Source: an uncultured Fibrobacterota bacterium (GTDB lineage Bacteria > Fibrobacterota > Chitinivibrionia > Chitinivibrionales > FEN-1185). From it: a DNA stretch of 64,000 bases. The notes beneath the pieces were generated by a model, which was not told where the DNA came from, did no database searches, and was given only the letters and a program-made list of their open reading frames with translations. This document shows, in pieces, positions 1 through 10,030 of the stretch. How positions within the stretch are numbered: the stretch's first letter is position 1; every line of letters begins with the position of its first letter. The DNA lies in the NCBI GenBank assembly GCA_963753345.1, contig CAVWBU010000034.1, positions 31,484 to 95,483 of the forward strand. The letters are read 5' to 3'. Both the position numbers and the translations under genes were made by a program.

Positions 1-13
1 AATAGGTAGAATT

Positions 14-100
14 GATAGTTGAGAAGTAGAGAAGTAGATGCGTGAAAGCGTGAAAGCGTGGATGCGTGAATGTGTGGATGAGAAGATGAGGATGTGCGGG
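14..100. repeat. Degenerate ~8-nt short tandem repeat tract
   Basis: Periodic text gagaagta-gagaagta-gatgcgtg-aaagcgtg-aaagcgtg-gatgcgtg-aatgtgtg directly upstream of the first ORF. Confidence 0.6.
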
Positions 101-116
101 GATGCAGGTGATACCA

Positions 117-1097
117 ATGAAACGATATAACATCTGCTTTCATTTGTTAAGTGTTGTTGTCTTGCTCAACACTGCTCTAGCATTTTGCGAAAATTGGAAA
201 GATACCGTTGAACCAAACTACCAGCAGGCAGTAATCGATTATATCGAAAACAAAATGCCTTACAGGAATGAAGGAAAAACATTTGCCTATTGTGACTTTT
301 TCGGCGAGACACCTTACAATAACGGATTGACAATCTGCGCAGAGTGTTCTTATCTTACCTACCTGTTGAAATATGGTCAGATTATTTCAACCGGCGGCGG
401 CAGTTTTGACGGGCTTTTTCATGTCAAGACCGTGGACAACAATCCATCCGTAGACTCAATGAAATGGAACTTGATAGCAAAATATTCCAGCGGCTTTTTC
501 CCCAACCGGTACTATGATCGTTATCTATCGCATGTAAAAAATCCCACTCCAGATTTTGTCTCCAAAAGAAAAGAAAACAGAGAAAGGATCATCTCCTATT
601 TCACACCGCTCATGTTGAAAACCCGTTTGGTTAAAGTCAAGCCTCCGGATAACCGTCATGACCCGCACAATCACCCGGTGGATATTTACAGCTTTATGAA
701 TCTCCGGGATTCGTACAAATATCTCTCTTTTGTTCTTTTGTCCGACAGCGCAAGGCAGCACATGAAACCCGGCTTCGGGAACATCAGTTCATTCAAGTTC
801 GATGTCTGGGAGACAGCAGACCCGAACGGACGTCTTTACTTCCGAGATAGAACGCGAAATGACAAGGTGTATGAAATTGTCGATCAGGTCAACTGGAGGC
901 TCAGCGACATAAAGTGGAAGGACAATAGCACACTGGTTTTTGACCAGGACAACGGGACCAACCCGTTTGATGAAAAGGCCGTTTCGCCTGACGTTTACGG
1001 GGTTCATTTTGAAGTGGACCTGGAAAAAAGGAAAGTCGTTTGGGCTGCGCCGTTTGGATTGCTCGGTTTTCCGGAAAGGATTCCAGCGGATCGATAA
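117..1097 (+). CDS. Secreted hypothetical protein
   Basis: 331-aa ORF (102..1097); from ATG 117 it has a signal-peptide-like N-terminus MKRYNICFHLLSVVVLLNTALA; no family recognised. Confidence 0.7.
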   Translation: MKRYNICFHLLSVVVLLNTALAFCENWKDTVEPNYQQAVIDYIENKMPYRNEGKTFAYCDFFGETPYNNGLTICAECSYLTYLLKYGQIISTGGGSFDGLFHVKTVDNNPSVDSMKWNLIAKYSSGFFPNRYYDRYLSHVKNPTPDFVSKRKENRERIISYFTPLMLKTRLVKVKPPDNRHDPHNHPVDIYSFMNLRDSYKYLSFVLLSDSARQHMKPGFGNISSFKFDVWETADPNGRLYFRDRTRNDKVYEIVDQVNWRLSDIKWKDNSTLVFDQDNGTNPFDEKAVSPDVYGVHFEVDLEKRKVVWAAPFGLLGFPERIPADR

Positions 1098-1335
1098 AAA
1101 GGACGGCGGCACGCGGAAAAGGCAGGAATGAAGAAATCGTCATTGGTCATTGGGAATGGGGGGAAGAAGGTGAGGTGTTTGGTGAATGGGAGAAAAGTGG
1201 GAGATGGGGATATTAATCGGGGAAAATTGCAAGAGTTAAGATGATTGAAAACAGATGAATGGATGTCCTATGGCTCAGCAGGTTTGTATAAAACTGCGAC
1301 TTGTTAATACCGTTTTTATTTACCGGAGCTTATAA

Positions 1336-2691
1336 GTGGAAAAGTTTTTTGATTTCTTCATTAGCAAGCTTGAAAGCATATGGCACAATTTCTACTCATC
1401 CATTTTGCTTTCCGCGGTCGTTATTTTGAGTATAATTGCTTTTTTTAATAGCTCTCCTCATTGGTGTTTAATTTCATTGTGCCTAGGTGCTGCTGTAATT
1501 GTCATTTTCCTGTGGTTTGCTACGCATCATTTGCCAAAAGTACCTAAAGGTAAAATCGGAATTGCTATTTCCTTAATTTATGACCGGGAGTCTGAAGCCA
1601 AACAGGTCGAATTGGATTTCATTACTGCTTTACGCAATTTACTTCAAAGAGATCCTGATTGTGCAAATATCGGAATGGTTGTCTTGCCAGAATATGTGTC
1701 GCTGAAACTGCAAGATACTGCCAAATTTGAAAAGATTCTCAGAAAATGCAGAGCGCATATGCTTCTATATGGATCTGTTAAGCGGCGCAACATACAAGGG
1801 AAGGAAATGCATTTATTGAATGTTGAAGGTTTTATAAGACATGCTCCAATTCCGGTCGAGATAAGCAAGAGATTTGCCGAGGATTTTGCATGCTCAATAC
1901 CGCGAAAGTTAATGCTCCCGACCGAAAATGATGCTCTCATCTTTGAAAGCGCATCTACTTGGTTTGATTTGAGTGCACGTTATGTAATTGGTGTTGCTGC
2001 ATATCTTTCGGGATCGGTGGCGTATGCTGAGAAAATGTTTCTTCAAGTTGAAGACTCACTAAGGAAGTTAAAGTCGGCCCCTCCTTTCCTTCAAACGATT
2101 GCTAAGAAACTGCCATTCCGCTTTATCGAATTATATCAAATTTGGCAAAGTGCAGTTCATAGTGCTTACATCGCATCAGAGGATATTAATCTTCTTACAT
2201 TCGAGGATACTCTGAACGACAAACTCTTAGCAAGAGACCCAAAACACTATAGCGCTTGCCTTGCGAAATCGATTTCTGAATTTGTCTTACGCAGAAACAT
2301 CAAAAAGGCAAAAGAATATTTACTCAATGTAGGTAGCAATAAAGATGCGACATGGCTTTATAACCTTGCTTTTTTATTCTGTTATGAAGGTGATTTGCCC
2401 AATGCACATGAGCATTACCGAAAAGCATTTAGAATTGCAGTTGGAAATGTAACTGTCCCTCTTCAGTGCGAGGAATTTATTCAAAAAATATTGATAAAAG
2501 AGCCTGGAAAAGACCAATTGTATTTCTCCTTAGGTCTTATAAACTACAATGCAAAAAAAGACTACTATGCCGCAAAAGATGATTTTACACAATTCATTGG
2601 AACAAAATGGGCAAATAATTTTCCGAATGAAAAGACTTTGTCTGAGAAACTGATAAAGCGGTGCAACGAAAGAATAGAGAAAATGACTTAG
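1336..2691 (+). CDS. Membrane-anchored TPR-repeat protein
   Basis: Two N-terminal hydrophobic helices; C-terminal TPR-like motifs (WLYNLAFLFCYEGDLPNAHEHYRKA, LYFSLGLINYNAKKDYYAAKDDFTQF); AT-rich. Confidence 0.75.
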   Translation: MEKFFDFFISKLESIWHNFYSSILLSAVVILSIIAFFNSSPHWCLISLCLGAAVIVIFLWFATHHLPKVPKGKIGIAISLIYDRESEAKQVELDFITALRNLLQRDPDCANIGMVVLPEYVSLKLQDTAKFEKILRKCRAHMLLYGSVKRRNIQGKEMHLLNVEGFIRHAPIPVEISKRFAEDFACSIPRKLMLPTENDALIFESASTWFDLSARYVIGVAAYLSGSVAYAEKMFLQVEDSLRKLKSAPPFLQTIAKKLPFRFIELYQIWQSAVHSAYIASEDINLLTFEDTLNDKLLARDPKHYSACLAKSISEFVLRRNIKKAKEYLLNVGSNKDATWLYNLAFLFCYEGDLPNAHEHYRKAFRIAVGNVTVPLQCEEFIQKILIKEPGKDQLYFSLGLINYNAKKDYYAAKDDFTQFIGTKWANNFPNEKTLSEKLIKRCNERIEKMT

Positions 2692-2811
2692 AAGGCCACC
2701 GCGATAGCAAATAGAGGAATCACAGCCAACAACACGCAATGGAATACCATTTCCGCTGTCGCCTTGTCGCATTGCTGATGGTGTCATGTCAGGCAATAGA
2801 AAGTCAAATTT

Positions 2812-3906
2812 ATGAAAAGTCACATTACAGTTGGAACCAATCAAGATGACCAATATCTAGTTGACCATTTTTTAACAGGCGATCAAATACGCTGGCCTGT
2901 TCCAAAAGATGCAGAAATTGGTGATACTGTGTATTTACTTATTCCCTCATTATCCGGTTCTATTATTGCCAAAGGAATTGTTGCGACAACTCCTATCAAA
3001 AGCAATACTTGGCAATCAAAATATGAGTGCGCCTTGGAAAAGATTCGGTTCTCAGTCAACCAGCCGTATATTGAGGAAATTGCGGAAAGTATTCCAGAAT
3101 GGGAGTATCCTAAATACGCTCGTTCCTACACAACAATACCCGATGCACATGTAAATAACTTTGTTTCAATAGTTGGGGATTTTGATGATAGACCGCGTCT
3201 TTTTAGAGAAGTGAAAGAAGAAGAAATCATGAATGCTCTGGAAAATAATCTTTTCAGCAAAGTTGAAATAAAACTTCTTGGCTATTTTCTTGCAGCGCCA
3301 AACAACACATTAAACGCGATGCAAATGGCATCACTCATGGGGTATCCCAAATTTAATTCCGTCAATCCAATTATTGGATCGATTGGAAAGAAAATCAGCG
3401 AAAAGTATATGATTCATCCAAGTTGGTGGTCTCAAGAGGACCCCAATTGGTGGTCAGTAATTGCTGACGGAGAAGAAGATGAATACTTTTTTTGGACACT
3501 AAAGCCGCAAATCGTGAAGGCTTTGAAGAATGCAAATTTCCCCATCAAAGACGGATTAGAGTATGAGCCTGATGAAATCGCAACCATTGAAGATGGTAAT
3601 GAAGAAGGTAGAAGAATAAACGTCTTTGTGAGCATTTATGAACGCGATGCAGCCAATCGCAAGGCATGCATAGCGTTCCATGGGTACAAGTGCTCGATTT
3701 GTAACTTTGATTTTGAAAAGGCCTACGGAAAGATTGGGAAAGGTTACATTCAAGTTCATCATATCATTCCCCTAAATGAAACAAAAACCATTGTAAAGGT
3801 GAATCCCAAGACCGATTTGGTTCCAGTATGCGCAAATTGTCATGCGATGATACATAGAAAAAAACCTGCATATTCCCTATTGGAAATGAAGTCCGAGTTG
3901 ACTTAG
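2812..3906 (+). CDS. HNH endonuclease (McrA-like C-terminus) with a possible EVE/PUA-like N-terminal domain
   Basis: YERDAANRKACIAFHGYKCSICNFDF...YIQVHHIIPL...DLVPVCANCHAMIHR is an HNH/zinc motif typical of modification-dependent restriction nucleases. Confidence 0.85.
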   Translation: MKSHITVGTNQDDQYLVDHFLTGDQIRWPVPKDAEIGDTVYLLIPSLSGSIIAKGIVATTPIKSNTWQSKYECALEKIRFSVNQPYIEEIAESIPEWEYPKYARSYTTIPDAHVNNFVSIVGDFDDRPRLFREVKEEEIMNALENNLFSKVEIKLLGYFLAAPNNTLNAMQMASLMGYPKFNSVNPIIGSIGKKISEKYMIHPSWWSQEDPNWWSVIADGEEDEYFFWTLKPQIVKALKNANFPIKDGLEYEPDEIATIEDGNEEGRRINVFVSIYERDAANRKACIAFHGYKCSICNFDFEKAYGKIGKGYIQVHHIIPLNETKTIVKVNPKTDLVPVCANCHAMIHRKKPAYSLLEMKSELT

Positions 3907-3926
3907 TCATAACTCCTACATTCCCC

Positions 3927-4100
3927 CGCCGGGTGCCCTGCCCCTCTTACCAAACTCCAACATGACCCGTGTGCCACAATTATCCCTGCTCATGCATCAT
4001 CAATCCCGCACACTCTTTTCATTCCCCCGCCGTCAACCCCCCTCCTAAAACCCACAATTCCCCCGGTCTTCATTTATTGTAACGAAAGACAAAGGAGCAC
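3927..4100 (+). repeat. Intergenic direct repeat, copy R1
   Basis: cgccgggtgccc...cgtgtgccac...cattcccccgccgtcaacccc...cccggtcttcatttattgtaacgaaagacaaaggagcac; aligns by eye with R2-R4. Confidence 0.85.
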
Positions 4101-4542
4101 ATCGCCGTCGCTCATTCTCTGCTCCTCGCTCCCCGCATCCCTCGCCTATTTCTGTTTCTCCGTCCTCACATAGATCCCATTCGCACTGCGCCCCGACACC
4201 TTTCCCGCTTGTGTTGCGTCCCGACGGGTGGCCGGATCTTCTCTCTAATTTTGAGACAGGCTGCACATCCCCCGTCAGGATATTTCTTTTGTTAGTATTT
4301 TGTTCTTGGCCTATTTTGCTTTGTGAAGCGAGATGGAATTACTATATTATCCAATGCACCCGCAAAAGGCAATACAGCGGATGTGTCCAGCCTACGCAAG
4401 AAATCATTCGCACGCCGCCCGGCAGAGTGCCGTTTGTTCGTCTTGACCGATTTCATTTGAAGACGGGCAGGAGCCCGCCTGGTCCCGAACGGCCGGACCC
4501 ATTCGGGAAAACGAACGTCACCGGAGAGGAGTTGAGTATTCC

Positions 4543-5007
4543 ATGGAACCCCAAAAAACAACCTTGTTGAGACAGGCTGTTGCAGCCGGAACGATCGTCG
4601 TTGCCGTTGCCCTGTGCGGCGCGAATTCGCTGGCCGCGACGCCGGCTTCGATGGCTGTTTACAAGAAAGGGTCTGCCCCGCTGGTTTTCAATCTATCTTC
4701 CGTAAAGAATGTGACCTTCGGCCCGACGGCTGCCGGAAAGCTGAGACCTGTTGCCAGGGTCGTGCATTCGATCAGGTTGCTTTCATCCGCTGCCGGCTGC
4801 AAGTTCAGCCTTACGGGCGAACCAGGGACCACGGCCCTGTTCAAGCTCTTCGATCTCAAAGGGCGCGAAATACTCTCCAAAGATCTGCTGTTGGGCAATG
4901 AAGGCGTCGGAAGAATGACGGTCCCTCCCATTGCCACCGGCCTGTACCTGGCCCAGCTCAAGAACGGCGCATCGTCAATCATGCAGCGCATCACTCTCGG
5001 TGAATAA
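4543..5007 (+). CDS. Small secreted protein with a T9SS-like C-terminal sorting domain
   Basis: Signal peptide; C-terminus FKLFDLKGREI...ATGLYLAQLKNG...RITL resembles a Por-secretion tail; RBS gaggag upstream. Confidence 0.75.
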   Translation: MEPQKTTLLRQAVAAGTIVVAVALCGANSLAATPASMAVYKKGSAPLVFNLSSVKNVTFGPTAAGKLRPVARVVHSIRLLSSAAGCKFSLTGEPGTTALFKLFDLKGREILSKDLLLGNEGVGRMTVPPIATGLYLAQLKNGASSIMQRITLGE

Positions 5008-5018
5008 GGAAAACCCTT

Positions 5019-8000
5019 ATGAAAAAAATCAACTTCGCGGCCCTTCTCGTTTTCGTTGCCGCGTGCTCCGTCCTGGCGGCCAGAATGACCATCACCAGCT
5101 ACGGCGTGCCGCACCGCTATCCCATCGGGCCTTTTGACCAGATCACGTTCGACGCAACCGGCCTGGTTGCCACCATCACCAGCCCGGGTTCACCGCAGCC
5201 CGTCGTTACGAAATATTACCTTGGCTATTCGAATTCCGTCGTCCTGGACACGGTTGGCGGGCCGATTACTTCGCTCAATGTCAACGCTACGGATAACACC
5301 ACCATTGCAATAGATTTCAACAGCATCGACAGCATCGTGTTCAGGCCGTCCGTTGATTCCACGGGCGACGACGACGCGGACGGGCTCAGCAACTATCTCG
5401 AACTCATGCTCTATCATACCGACCCGGAAAAGAGTTCCACCTCGGGCGACGGCATAGTGGACAAATGGAAAGTGTCGCATCAAAGCAACGGCATGCTCGT
5501 TGCGGACCTTCCGGAGCTTTCGGTCGCCATGGCAAAATTCCCGCAGGTATGGCTGGTGACCTCGTTGGATTCCACGGCGTCGGTTGAAAACACCGTTTCA
5601 AATACGTCCGGTTGGGGAAATCAGGAGCAATCCACCACGTCCACGACGGGCTCGCAGACCGCCAGCAACGAATTCGGCGTCAGTTTTGCCGAAGAGATGG
5701 GGTATTCATGGCAGTTTGGGTCGGTGGGGGCGCACGTTACTTTCACCATGGGCCAGCAATACAGTCATACCTGGCAGCAGGAAGTTTCCCAGGAAGTCGC
5801 GTCCTCCCGGCAGAGTTCGTACAACCAGACGCTCGGCCAGACCCAAACCGCAATAAGGCAGGCAGGCAAGACGATAAGCGGCGGTAAAATCACCGCGATG
5901 CTCAATCTCAAGAACACCGGCGCCGTCGGTTTTACCATGACGGACCCGCAATTCACGCTCTATGGAATCACGTTTGTCAACGGCGTTGTGGCGGAAACCC
6001 CCATTTGCAATCTGGCGACCGCCCCGGAGCTCAACGGCAGCAGCAGTGTGTTCAGCATCAATCCGGGCGCGACGGCCGTGGCCGGCGTGCAAGGCAGTCT
6101 GACGCTTGCGGAAGTGGCATATATCGGCACCTTCCCCATTCTCAAGGTCTCGTGCACGAGCGAGAACATATCCTACAACCCCACGCTTTCCGCAACGCCC
6201 ATGAATCTGTCCGACGTGATGACCAATGTCAGGTCGGCGACCGCGCAGGTGATCGTTGATTTCGACAACGAATTGGCCGGCCAGCAGTCTCCCCTGTCGC
6301 GGTACGTGGCCACGCTTAACAAATACAACCCCGCAAACCCGACGGTAGCCGGGTACGGCCCGGTCTACCTCGGTGAAATGCTGACGGAAATGGGGCTCAC
6401 CTATCATTTCGACTCTCTCGGATTCGTCGATGTAAACGGGCTCAAGCGCGGCGCGGCAAACGATTTCTTCAGCCGCCGATGGATTACAATGATCATCCAC
6501 GCAGCGGGCGGCGCACAACCGGGCGATACCGGTGTGGTGAACGTAGGGGCAAACGGCGGCCCGGACAGCGTCGTGGTAAAAACGGGCGACATAGTTTACG
6601 TATGCTATTCGGGCGACGACGACCGGGATTCGGTCCCGAACTGCGTGGCGAAACTCTATGGGATTTCGGACACGACAAAGTCCAAGAAATGGCATGATTT
6701 TGACGGCGACGGCGTTTCGAACTTCCAAGAGATTTACGGTTGGGTGCCGATAGGAGGCACAGACACGGTCCACACCGACCCGGCAAACCCGGACTGCGAC
6801 GGGGACGGTATCCTGGACGGCGCGGATCCCTATCCGCTCATTCCACACTTGACAAACGCGTCGAATCTGCTGTCCTTCTCCACGCTCGACAACACCGTGC
6901 TCATCGAAACGATCCAAATTTCCCCGCAATCCTCATTCGGCGCCCTTACCCGACCCCTCCCGGCGTTCCCGCGATATTATGCGGACCTCGATTCAATGCC
7001 TCTGCACTGCGTTGTAGTGCAGAACAGTATCGATTCCATCCCCATGGTGTACGATACCACGTTCAAAGACACGGTATCGACCTCGCCGCTCACCACCCGG
7101 TCGCGCTACAGGTTGATGTCCACATCTCTCGCTCAGCATGTCTTGGCGCTCGGGCCGGATACGCTTACCGTGGTGACGCAACCGATGACCGGCGGCTCTC
7201 CGAAAACATGGAAGATATCCGGTATTTCAACGCTTGAGAATGTGATGGGCGCTCCGCAGGCTTCCAACCTGCTTCCCGCAAACGTCTCCTCTACGGGGAG
7301 CCGATGGGCACGGATCGATATTTCCGTTCAAATGGTTTCCGAGCAAATCGCGGCCGATCCAAGGACAAGCGGCATCATCGTATTCCGATCGAGCGGTCCG
7401 AACTCCGACACGTTCGATCTCACCTCTCGAAACAGTCCCCTTGGCGCCGGAGAAAAGATAGGCACTCAGTCAAGCTGGGAAGTAGACACGGTTCTGTCCG
7501 CCCTAACGGCAAATGTCTCGTACACGTCGACGAACTTGAATTCCGGCACCGTGTGGAACTACCGCTCGGTACCGTACAATGTCGCAAATGGGAATATCTA
7601 TTACTACGGAGCCAGTGCGGGTTTCACGTCCGCAAAGACATGGGAAATCTGGGTGTCCACAACTTGGGACTCCTTTACGTGCGCTCTCAGCAATTTCGGC
7701 TCGGCAACCGTGCTTGCGATGAACATGCGTTACCGGAATGTCAACGGAGACACCGGCGCACTTTCCACGGCGTGGGTGAGCGGGCCGTATTCCTATATTT
7801 GCGCCAACGGGACCAAGTATCCGGTGAAGTGGGTCGATTCGGCGCAAGTGCATGTGCATGACAGCGTCTGGACCAATATCAGCATGCTCAATTTTACCCA
7901 AAACGTGCAGCTTCTGACAATCAATGTCGACAATCTTGCCGCGGGAGGTTTTACCGATCCGCTCAAGGTATTCAGCGGCGGCGTCGTGGCGGGGCAAGGC

Positions 8001-8195
8001 GCGTTCTGGGAACCCGGTCGAGACGGAAGCGCAACGTGCACCAATGTGCAGTTTACAAACAATATCGCCGTGCCCACGGCATCCAGCCCCAACGCGGTTA
8101 CATTCCAGTCCACTACCCATACGGAAACAAACTGGGGGGCCGGAACCTGGGCGGCCAATATCGGTCCGATGAAATTCAGGTGGTGGTTCAAGTAA
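5019..8195 (+). CDS. Secreted protein with a binary-toxin B / anthrax protective antigen-like pore-forming region and Ca-binding DxDxDG repeats
   Basis: DDDADGLSNYLE...TDPEKSSTSGDGIVDKWKV...LVADLPELSV, a Ser/Thr-rich beta-hairpin, then ITAMLNLKNTG, in the order seen in PA domains 1'-2; second DFDGDG/DCDGDG cluster; signal peptide. Confidence 0.75.
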   Translation: MKKINFAALLVFVAACSVLAARMTITSYGVPHRYPIGPFDQITFDATGLVATITSPGSPQPVVTKYYLGYSNSVVLDTVGGPITSLNVNATDNTTIAIDFNSIDSIVFRPSVDSTGDDDADGLSNYLELMLYHTDPEKSSTSGDGIVDKWKVSHQSNGMLVADLPELSVAMAKFPQVWLVTSLDSTASVENTVSNTSGWGNQEQSTTSTTGSQTASNEFGVSFAEEMGYSWQFGSVGAHVTFTMGQQYSHTWQQEVSQEVASSRQSSYNQTLGQTQTAIRQAGKTISGGKITAMLNLKNTGAVGFTMTDPQFTLYGITFVNGVVAETPICNLATAPELNGSSSVFSINPGATAVAGVQGSLTLAEVAYIGTFPILKVSCTSENISYNPTLSATPMNLSDVMTNVRSATAQVIVDFDNELAGQQSPLSRYVATLNKYNPANPTVAGYGPVYLGEMLTEMGLTYHFDSLGFVDVNGLKRGAANDFFSRRWITMIIHAAGGAQPGDTGVVNVGANGGPDSVVVKTGDIVYVCYSGDDDRDSVPNCVAKLYGISDTTKSKKWHDFDGDGVSNFQEIYGWVPIGGTDTVHTDPANPDCDGDGILDGADPYPLIPHLTNASNLLSFSTLDNTVLIETIQISPQSSFGALTRPLPAFPRYYADLDSMPLHCVVVQNSIDSIPMVYDTTFKDTVSTSPLTTRSRYRLMSTSLAQHVLALGPDTLTVVTQPMTGGSPKTWKISGISTLENVMGAPQASNLLPANVSSTGSRWARIDISVQMVSEQIAADPRTSGIIVFRSSGPNSDTFDLTSRNSPLGAGEKIGTQSSWEVDTVLSALTANVSYTSTNLNSGTVWNYRSVPYNVANGNIYYYGASAGFTSAKTWEIWVSTTWDSFTCALSNFGSATVLAMNMRYRNVNGDTGALSTAWVSGPYSYICANGTKYPVKWVDSAQVHVHDSVWTNISMLNFTQNVQLLTINVDNLAAGGFTDPLKVFSGGVVAGQGAFWEPGRDGSATCTNVQFTNNIAVPTASSPNAVTFQSTTHTETNWGAGTWAANIGPMKFRWWFK

Positions 8196-8235
8196 CGAGG
8201 GCGCCCTGGTGCTCCCAAAGAGATATTTTGGCGGA

Positions 8236-8400
8236 CGGGTGCCTGCCCCATTCCTCCGTGTGCCACTATCATCCCTGATCGTGCATCATCAACCCTGCAC
8301 CCTCTTTTCATTCCCCCGCCGTCAACCCCTCTCCTAAAATCCACAATTTCCCCTTAATTTTCCCGGTCTTCATTTATTTTAACAAAAGACAAAGGAACAT
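8236..8400 (+). repeat. Intergenic direct repeat, copy R2
   Basis: cgggtgcctgcccc...cgtgtgccactatcatccctgatcgtgcatc...cattcccccgccgtcaacccc...ttttcccggtcttcatttattttaacaaaagacaaaggaacat; ends 5 nt before the tcmP ATG. Confidence 0.85.
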
Positions 8401-8405
8401 CCTGC

Positions 8406-9239
8406 ATGCTTGTCGAAAACGACGGTCTTGTCATTCCGGAAGTCGGCGCCTGGGCAAAAGAGAAGTACGGCCTGGTCCAAACCTATTGCAGCATGTTTAC
8501 TGGAGCGATGAAACCTCCCAAATGGCAGGCGCTTGTCTATATTGATTTGTTTGCGGGCGCTGGTTTTGGAAGGATAAAGAACACTTCGGAAATCGTCCCC
8601 ACTTCGGCGCTGCTTGCCATTGACATCCCTGTGCGTTTTACGCGATACATTTCTTGTGACATAAACGCCGACAACATCGCGGCACTTCGGAACAGGGTTT
8701 CGCGTCTCTTTCCCGGTGTTGATTCCCGCTTTCTCTGCTGCGAAGTAAATACGGCTGTTGACCAGATCATCGCGGAAATGCCCGCGGCGGGCAAGGACCA
8801 TAAGGTACTCGCTTTCTGCTTCGTCGATCCATTCAAGCTCGACGACCTTGCATTCTCAACCATTGAGAGAATGTCCAAGCGGTTCATGGATTTCCTTGTT
8901 CTTGTAGCTACCGACATGGATGCCAACAGGAATGTCGCGCCATACATGGCCCCGGAAAATACGACCGTTGCCCGTTTCACCGGAAAAAAGGATTGGCGAA
9001 CAAGGTGGGACCCGCTATCAAATAAATCGTTCGGCCTATTTGTTCTTCACGAATTCTCCGCCCACATGCAGGACTTAAATTATAAACCGCAGCCAGTCGA
9101 GGAATCGGTCCTTGTACGGAATTTTCAAAAGAACGCGCCATTGTACCGGCTGGCATACTTTAGTCGGCACGATCTCGGCAAGAAATTCTGGAGAGAAACG
9201 AAGAAGTCTGCCGACCCTCAGCTGAACTTATTTGAATAA
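8406..9239 (+). CDS. tcmP: Three-Cys-motif partner protein (SAM-methyltransferase-like fold)
   Basis: VGAWAKEKY, YIDLFAGAG and FCFVDPF motifs; adjacent to a DUF5131 gene, the known pairing. Confidence 0.85.
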   Translation: MLVENDGLVIPEVGAWAKEKYGLVQTYCSMFTGAMKPPKWQALVYIDLFAGAGFGRIKNTSEIVPTSALLAIDIPVRFTRYISCDINADNIAALRNRVSRLFPGVDSRFLCCEVNTAVDQIIAEMPAAGKDHKVLAFCFVDPFKLDDLAFSTIERMSKRFMDFLVLVATDMDANRNVAPYMAPENTTVARFTGKKDWRTRWDPLSNKSFGLFVLHEFSAHMQDLNYKPQPVEESVLVRNFQKNAPLYRLAYFSRHDLGKKFWRETKKSADPQLNLFE

Positions 9240-9248
9240 GGACGACGC

Positions 9249-9971
9249 ATGTCTTCCAACTCCCGCATCGAATGGACCGAAAGCACCTGGAACCCCATAA
9301 CCGGATGCACCAAAATCAGTCCGGGGTGCAAGAACTGCTATGCCGAACGCATGGCGAGACGCCTGCGGGCCATGCGGCAGCCCAACTATCGAAACGGGTT
9401 CAAGGTCACCATTCACCCGCACGCACTGGGACTCCCGCTCGCATGGAAGAAGCCCCAGATGGTTTTTGTAAATTCAATGAGCGACCTGTTTCATGCCCAG
9501 GCGCCGAGGGAATTCATTCTCGAAGTCTTTGGCATCATGAACAGGGCGTGTTGGCACGTGTACCAGATCCTCACCAAACGAGCGGATCGGCTTTCAACTA
9601 TGGATTCTTCTTTGCCGTGGTCGGAGAACATCTGGGCAGGCGTGACGGTCGAAAACCGGGAGTATTTGCAACGGGTCGAAAACCTTCGTAGGTGTCAGGC
9701 AAAGAACAAATTCATTTCCTTTGAACCCCTGCTGGGCAGCGTTGGACCTGTCAACCTTGACGGAATCAACTGGGTGATCGCAGGCGGCGAATCCGGCCCC
9801 CATGCGCGTCCCGTCCAAAAGGAATGGATCACCGAAATCCGCGACCAATGTATTGCCCAGGACAAGCCCTTTTTCTTCAAACAATGGGGCGGAGTTCGAA
9901 AAAAGAAGAACGGCCGAGAACTTGACGGCCGCGTCTGGAGCGAGTTTCCGGCGCGCTTGACAGTCGCGTAG
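9249..9971 (+). CDS. DUF5131 / phage Gp37-Gp68 family protein
   Basis: IEWTESTWNPITGCTKISPGCKNCYA (Cx6Cx2C), FVNSMSDLFH, SFEPLLG, WVIAGGESG, FFFKQWGG. Confidence 0.92.
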   Translation: MSSNSRIEWTESTWNPITGCTKISPGCKNCYAERMARRLRAMRQPNYRNGFKVTIHPHALGLPLAWKKPQMVFVNSMSDLFHAQAPREFILEVFGIMNRACWHVYQILTKRADRLSTMDSSLPWSENIWAGVTVENREYLQRVENLRRCQAKNKFISFEPLLGSVGPVNLDGINWVIAGGESGPHARPVQKEWITEIRDQCIAQDKPFFFKQWGGVRKKKNGRELDGRVWSEFPARLTVA

Positions 9972-10030
9972 GTAGACAGCCTTCACCTTGTACCCTGACC
10001 GCAACCTCGGTTTACTTTAGGCAAGACATG

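Noticed and set aside
4101-4540. Gene or ncRNA between R1 and the 4543 ORF
   Set aside because: The candidate ORFs lack an RBS and motifs, and I recognised no RNA family.
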